32,000 nucleotides of DNA from Trichodesmium erythraeum IMS101 (lineage in GTDB: Bacteria; Cyanobacteriota; Cyanobacteriia; Cyanobacteriales; Microcoleaceae): positions 1,560,001 to 1,592,000 of the forward strand of contig NC_008312.1 in the NCBI RefSeq assembly GCF_000014265.1, written 5' to 3'. The notes under the pieces were generated by a model. The model saw nothing but the letters and a program-made list of their open reading frames with translations. It was not told the DNA's origin and ran no database searches. Positions 27,407-32,000 of the stretch are shown in pieces (the first letter of the stretch is position 1; each line of letters opens with the position of its first letter). The translations under genes were made by a program, and so were the position numbers.

Positions 27407-30400
27407 TTACTTCACGAAACTACTGTTTCCCCCACCACCTGGAGTTTCAATTACAAATACATCACCTATATTCATCTCAACAGTGGCAGTTCCCCCCAAC
27501 TCTTCAACTTTCCCATTACTCCGTTCCACATAATTTTTCCCTACTAAGCCATCACCCCCACCATTTAAACCAAGGGTAGAAACAGCGCGATGACCTGATA
27601 ATATTCCAGCAGTCATGGGTTCCAAAAAACGCATCCGCCGAACTACTCCATTACCACCTTTATATAAACCTTTACCCCCGCTCCCAGAACGAATAGCAAA
27701 GCTTTCCAATAATACTGGAAAGCGCCACTCCAAAACTTCGGGGTCCGTTAAGCGGGAGTTAGTCATGTGAGTATGCACTGCATCAGTGCCATCAAAGTCT
27801 GTACCTGCACCGGAACCCCCACAAATAGTTTCATAATATTGATATTTACTATTACCAAAAGTGAAATTATTCATAGTTCCTTGAGATGATGCCATTATTC
27901 CCAAAGCATTATATAAAGTATCTCCGATCCCTTGAGAAGTTTCTACATTTCCTGCTACTACTGCTGCGGGATATTTTGGGTCTAACATACTACCTTGAGG
28001 AATAATAATTTCTAATGGTTTCAGACAACCTGCATTAAGAGGAATATCATCATCAACTAGAGTACGAAAGACATATAATACTGCTGCTTTACAAACTGCA
28101 GTTGGTGCGTTGAAGTTATTGGAAAGTTGAGGAGATGTACCTGTAAAATCTATTTTTGCACTAAGATTTTTTTTGTCGATACTAACAGCAACTGAAATTT
28201 TATTGCCGTCATCTAGGATAGAGGTTGCAGTTTTGTTCGTGAGTGATGAAGATAATTTTTTGATAGCTTTACGTACTGAGCTTTCGGCGTTATCTTGAAC
28301 AAATTTCATGTAAGCTTGTACGGTTTCTAAGCCATAATATGCCGTCATTTTTTGTAGTTCTTGTACACCTTTTTCATTGGCAGCTACTTGTGCTTGTAAG
28401 TCGGCAATATTTTGCTTAGTGTTTCTAGCAGGATATTTGCCGGAGCTGAGAATTTTTAATAGTTCTGTTTCTTGAAATTTTCCGTCTTTTACAAGTTGGA
28501 AATTATCTATTAGTATTCCTTCTTCTTCAACTGTTTTGCTGTGGGGAGGCATGGAACCGGGGGTAATTCCACCAATGTCTGCATGATGTCCGCGAGAGGC
28601 GACATAAAATATAGGGGTTCTTATTTTTTCTCTATTTTTAAGAGAAGTTAGGGAAATATTTGCCTCATTCTCCGAAATCAATTTTTTATTATTAGGAAAG
28701 TTTATATACTTTGATTTTTGAGTAATATAATTATTGTTTAAAGTAATATTTGTATCGGATACAATTTCTTCGGTATAGTTGGTTTCAAAAAAAATATTAT
28801 TGCTCTTGTTTTCCAAGTTATCCTTTGCAATTACAGAAGAATTTTTGGGTTTTTCTAGAGTTGAAAACACGGGAGTAATAACTGTTATATCTGGTAGATG
28901 AGTACCGCCATTATAGGGATTATTTAAAACATAAACATCTCCTGGTTTGAATGTGTTACCTTTGTCATAAATTAAGGCATTAACACTTTCGCTCATAGAA
29001 CCTAAATGTATGGGAATATGAGGAGCATTGGCAACTAATTCACCATCTTGGTCAAATATAGCACAGGAAAAGTCGAGGCGTTCTTTAATATTTACTGATG
29101 AGCTGGTATTTTGTAATGTAATTCCCATTTGTTCAGCGATCGCTCGAAATAAGTTATTAAATATTTCTAGCATTACTGGGTCTGCTGAAGTTGAAGTTTT
29201 TGTTTGAAACTTAGTGGTTAAATATATAGATTTTTCTGTAGTTTTACTTTTGGTTAATATCAGGTGATTTTTGGCATTTAATTCTGCTTGCCATCCCGGT
29301 TCAATAACATTAGTTCCGGTTTTTTCGACTATTAAAGCAGGACTATTAATTTTGTCTCCTGGTTGTAGATTTTCTCTTAAATAAATAGGAGTATCATGCC
29401 ATTTTTCTGCCGTGTATATTTGTGTTGTTGTAACTGGAGTTGTAGGAGATTTTTGGTTAGGATATTTTTCTATTTCTTCGGGAGTTTCCATATGCTGAAT
29501 AAGTTCTAGAGAAACAGCTTCAACTATTAAGGATTTTTCTGTCATTATAAATCCATATCTTTGTCGATGAGCTGTTTCAAATTCAGCCTTTACTGTATAG
29601 ATATTTTTAGCAAAGTCTACTATTAATACTGAGTCACTACCTTGATATTTGAGGCGAACTTTAGATAATACTGAATGACAAAAAATAGATTCTAAATCTG
29701 AATCTTGAGAGGAGAAACTTCCTGTGATTAACTCTTGTTTTGTTTCCATTTCTAGCGTAGTAAAAATTTGCTCTAACTCTAGTAATAATTCAGGAGTTAA
29801 TGTTTTTTCAACTGCTTTTTCTTTCATCACTCGGATATCTGCTAATCCCATACCATAAGCTGATAAAACTCCAGCATAAGGATGGATAAATATTTTTTTC
29901 ATGCCCAAAGAATCAGCAATTAAACAAGCATGTTGTCCTCCCGCTCCGCCAAAACAACAAAGTGTATATTCAGAAATATCATAACCCTTTTGGAGAGAAA
30001 TTTTTTTAATTGCATTTGCCATTTTTTCGACAGCGATCGCTAAGTATCCACTTGCTACTTCTTCCGGTTTTCTACTATCACCTATTTTTGCTGTTAATTG
30101 AGCAAACTTTTCTTGAACAATCTCTAAATTCAAGGGTAAATTTCTATCTTTACCAAAGACCTTAGGAAAAAATTCTGGCTGTATTTTTCCCACCATTAAA
30201 TTACAATCTGTCACTGTTAAAGGTCCGCCTTTTCCATAAGCAGCCGGCCCAGGATTTGCTCCTGCAGATTCAGGTCCAACACGATAACGGGCACCATCAA
30301 AAAATAAAATTGAACCTCCACCAGCAGCAACAGTATGTATCGACATCATAGGAGTTCGTAGACGTATTCCAGCAATTTCTGTTTCAAATTCTCGTTCATA

Positions 30401-31381
30401 TTCTATTATTTGATTTGCAGCTCCAGCATAATGAGCAACATCAGTAGATGTGCCACCCATATCAAAGCTAATTATTTGATAAAAACCTGCATTTTTACTT
30501 GTTTGAACTGCTCCAACAATTCCACCAGCAGGACCAGATAATAGACTATCTTTGCCTTGAAATTTATGAGCATCTGTTAAACCCCCATTTGACTGCATAA
30601 ACATTAATTTAACTAAGTTAATATCTGGGGAATTGCTACTATTTAAAACATCCTTTCCCTGTTTCTTATTACCTCCTGATTTTTCTAGTAAAAAATCACG
30701 AACTTGATTAACATATCGTCGTAAAATTGGTGATAAATAAGCATCAACTACAGTAGTATCTCCCCGACTAACTAATTTCATTAAAGGACTAACTTCATGG
30801 GAAACAGATACTTGAGTAAATCCAATTTTTTCAGCAATTTCTTGAATTTTTTGTTCGTGTTTTGGGTAGCGATAACCATGGATCAATACAATAGCACAAC
30901 TTCTAATTCCTTCATTATATGCTGTTTGAAGTTGAGAAATTAACTCTGTTGTTTGAAGTGGAATTATTTCTTCGCCTTTAGCTGTATAACGTGACTCAAC
31001 TTCGATGACTTTTTCATAGAGCATTTCTGGCAAAATAATTTGTCGAGCAAAAATATTAGGGCGGTTTTGATAACCAATTCTTAGTGCATCTTTAAAACCT
31101 TTATTAATGACTAAAACTGTGCGATCGCCTTTTCTTTCTAATAAAGCATTTGTAGCAACAGTTGTACCCATTTTAATTACTTCTATTTCTTTTAAAGGTA
31201 TAGGTTGATTCTGAGAAATTTTTAATATTTCTCTAATTCCTTGAACTGGTGCATCAGGGTAGTGTTCTGGATTTTCTGATAGTAGTTTATGAATAATAAT
31301 TTTACCCTCGGGAGATTTAGCAACTATGTCTGTGAATGTACCCCCACGATCAATCCAAAATTTCCAACGGTTATTAGTCAT
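27407..31381 (-). CDS. Fused hydantoinase A / hydantoinase B family protein (5-oxoprolinase-type, ATP-hydrolysing)
   Basis: The N-terminal part WKFWIDRGGTFTDIV...MGTTVATNALLERKG matches HyuA. The C-terminal part DPVMLEIFNNLF...HLGSM...ASRGHHADIGG...NVETSQ matches HyuB. The tracked ORF starts at 31441. ATG at 31381 (MTNNRWKFWIDRGG) matches the family N-terminus better. It contains an unusual low-complexity insert (see findings). Confidence 0.85.
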   Translation of the reverse strand: MTNNRWKFWIDRGGTFTDIVAKSPEGKIIIHKLLSENPEHYPDAPVQGIREILKISQNQPIPLKEIEVIKMGTTVATNALLERKGDRTVLVINKGFKDALRIGYQNRPNIFARQIILPEMLYEKVIEVESRYTAKGEEIIPLQTTELISQLQTAYNEGIRSCAIVLIHGYRYPKHEQKIQEIAEKIGFTQVSVSHEVSPLMKLVSRGDTTVVDAYLSPILRRYVNQVRDFLLEKSGGNKKQGKDVLNSSNSPDINLVKLMFMQSNGGLTDAHKFQGKDSLLSGPAGGIVGAVQTSKNAGFYQIISFDMGGTSTDVAHYAGAANQIIEYEREFETEIAGIRLRTPMMSIHTVAAGGGSILFFDGARYRVGPESAGANPGPAAYGKGGPLTVTDCNLMVGKIQPEFFPKVFGKDRNLPLNLEIVQEKFAQLTAKIGDSRKPEEVASGYLAIAVEKMANAIKKISLQKGYDISEYTLCCFGGAGGQHACLIADSLGMKKIFIHPYAGVLSAYGMGLADIRVMKEKAVEKTLTPELLLELEQIFTTLEMETKQELITGSFSSQDSDLESIFCHSVLSKVRLKYQGSDSVLIVDFAKNIYTVKAEFETAHRQRYGFIMTEKSLIVEAVSLELIQHMETPEEIEKYPNQKSPTTPVTTTQIYTAEKWHDTPIYLRENLQPGDKINSPALIVEKTGTNVIEPGWQAELNAKNHLILTKSKTTEKSIYLTTKFQTKTSTSADPVMLEIFNNLFRAIAEQMGITLQNTSSSVNIKERLDFSCAIFDQDGELVANAPHIPIHLGSMSESVNALIYDKGNTFKPGDVYVLNNPYNGGTHLPDITVITPVFSTLEKPKNSSVIAKDNLENKSNNIFFETNYTEEIVSDTNITLNNNYITQKSKYINFPNNKKLISENEANISLTSLKNREKIRTPIFYVASRGHHADIGGITPGSMPPHSKTVEEEGILIDNFQLVKDGKFQETELLKILSSGKYPARNTKQNIADLQAQVAANEKGVQELQKMTAYYGLETVQAYMKFVQDNAESSVRKAIKKLSSSLTNKTATSILDDGNKISVAVSIDKKNLSAKIDFTGTSPQLSNNFNAPTAVCKAAVLYVFRTLVDDDIPLNAGCLKPLEIIIPQGSMLDPKYPAAVVAGNVETSQGIGDTLYNALGIMASSQGTMNNFTFGNSKYQYYETICGGSGAGTDFDGTDAVHTHMTNSRLTDPEVLEWRFPVLLESFAIRSGSGGKGLYKGGNGVVRRMRFLEPMTAGILSGHRAVSTLGLNGGGDGLVGKNYVERSNGKVEELGGTATVEMNIGDVFVIETPGGGGNSSFVK

Positions 31382-31705
31382 CAATATCTTAGTTATATTC
31401 ATATTTATTTTATGTATAATAATTATATCTTTTTTAGTCAAAATTTGTAAAATTTATAGCTGTGCTACCTAATACTTAAAATAAACTACAAATCTATAAA
31501 AACTAGTATCCAATAAGGATATAGCTGACACACTTTTTTCGCCAATATGATTTGATAGAAAAAAATACTGAAAAAGTGATGGCAGGTAAAGTGCTAAAAA
31601 ATGGGGTTTAGGCTATATTAAATCTCTAAAAATTGTGTATAGAACAACATGTTTATTACAATAATTGGGGAGATTTTGCCTTTTCTTTACAATTACTTAG
31701 AATGA

Positions 31706-32000
31706 TTAATTTAATAGAAATCTCAGGATAAATACTAAAGCTAAAATCCACATAACACTTGTAGTTTCCTGTGGTTTACCTTGAAAAGTTTTTAGTAAAG
31801 GGAAAGTAATTAGACCAAAAGCTAATCCTTCAGCAATAGAATAACTTAAGGGCATCATAATAATCGTTAAAAAAGAGGGAATAGACTCTCCAGGATCATC
31901 CCAAAGAATATTCTTGACAGCACTCATCATTAAGATACTAACAATCAGTAAAGCAGGTGCAGTAGCAAAAGTAGGAATAGCAGATAATAGAGGAATAAAA
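31706..32000 (-). CDS. NCS2-family (AzgA-type purine / xanthine-uracil) permease, C-terminal part only
   Basis: The frame is open to the window end: ...FIPLLSAIPTFATAPALLIVSILMMSAVKNILWDDPGESIPSFLTIIMMPLSYSIAEGLAFGLITFPLLK. This is the conserved C-terminal TM region of NCS2/AGP permeases. The tracked ORF (31706..31930) merely starts at an internal Met. Confidence 0.75.
   Translation of the reverse strand, partial: FIPLLSAIPTFATAPALLIVSILMMSAVKNILWDDPGESIPSFLTIIMMPLSYSIAEGLAFGLITFPLLKTFQGKPQETTSVMWILALVFILRFLLN

Overview
This is an AT-rich cyanobacterial chromosome segment. The evidence is phycoerythrin, psaE and ndhO genes plus at least 14 copies of the HIP1 palindrome GCGATCGC. Identifiable content, in order:

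- **Phycoerythrin cluster:** a HEAT-repeat lyase-like gene, cpeA, two tandem cpeB genes and a cpeC-like rod linker.
- **Other genes up to 10.2 kb:** a 494-aa ankyrin-repeat protein, several conserved cyanobacterial genes (DUF4079-like, DUF1997-like, SDR, GH104 lysozyme-like) and rdgB.
- **IS graveyard (about 10.5-14.8 kb):** a truncated RTX gene, a decayed IS630-like element, an IS4-family transposase wreck and an intact IS630-family element.
- **Remainder:** a TPR protein, the gpmI-secG pair, a proline-rich lipoprotein, a MORN-repeat protein, psaE, mutM, ndhO, an IS1-family transposase pseudogene, thrB, a fused 5-oxoprolinase-type gene and the 3' end of an NCS2 permease.

I saw no rRNA, tRNA or CRISPR array by eye.

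Most notable observations:

1. The extra gene between cpeB and cpeA is an intact chimera. It has a CpeA-type N-terminus on a CpeB body, together with a duplicated spacer. This is the signature of one unequal tandem duplication.
2. Heptamer repeats (ATAACTG-like) run directly into the ATG of three unrelated genes.
3. A decayed roughly 200-bp tandem duplicate of the gpmI 5' end lies upstream of gpmI.
4. The lipoprotein has an 18-proline run and a duplicated module.
5. An Asn/Lys/Ile-rich insert of about 80 aa sits inside the oxoprolinase.
6. Intact coding density is only about 58%, with several pseudogenes. This suggests genome erosion, as in symbiotic heterocyst-forming cyanobacteria, but that organism-level guess is inference only.
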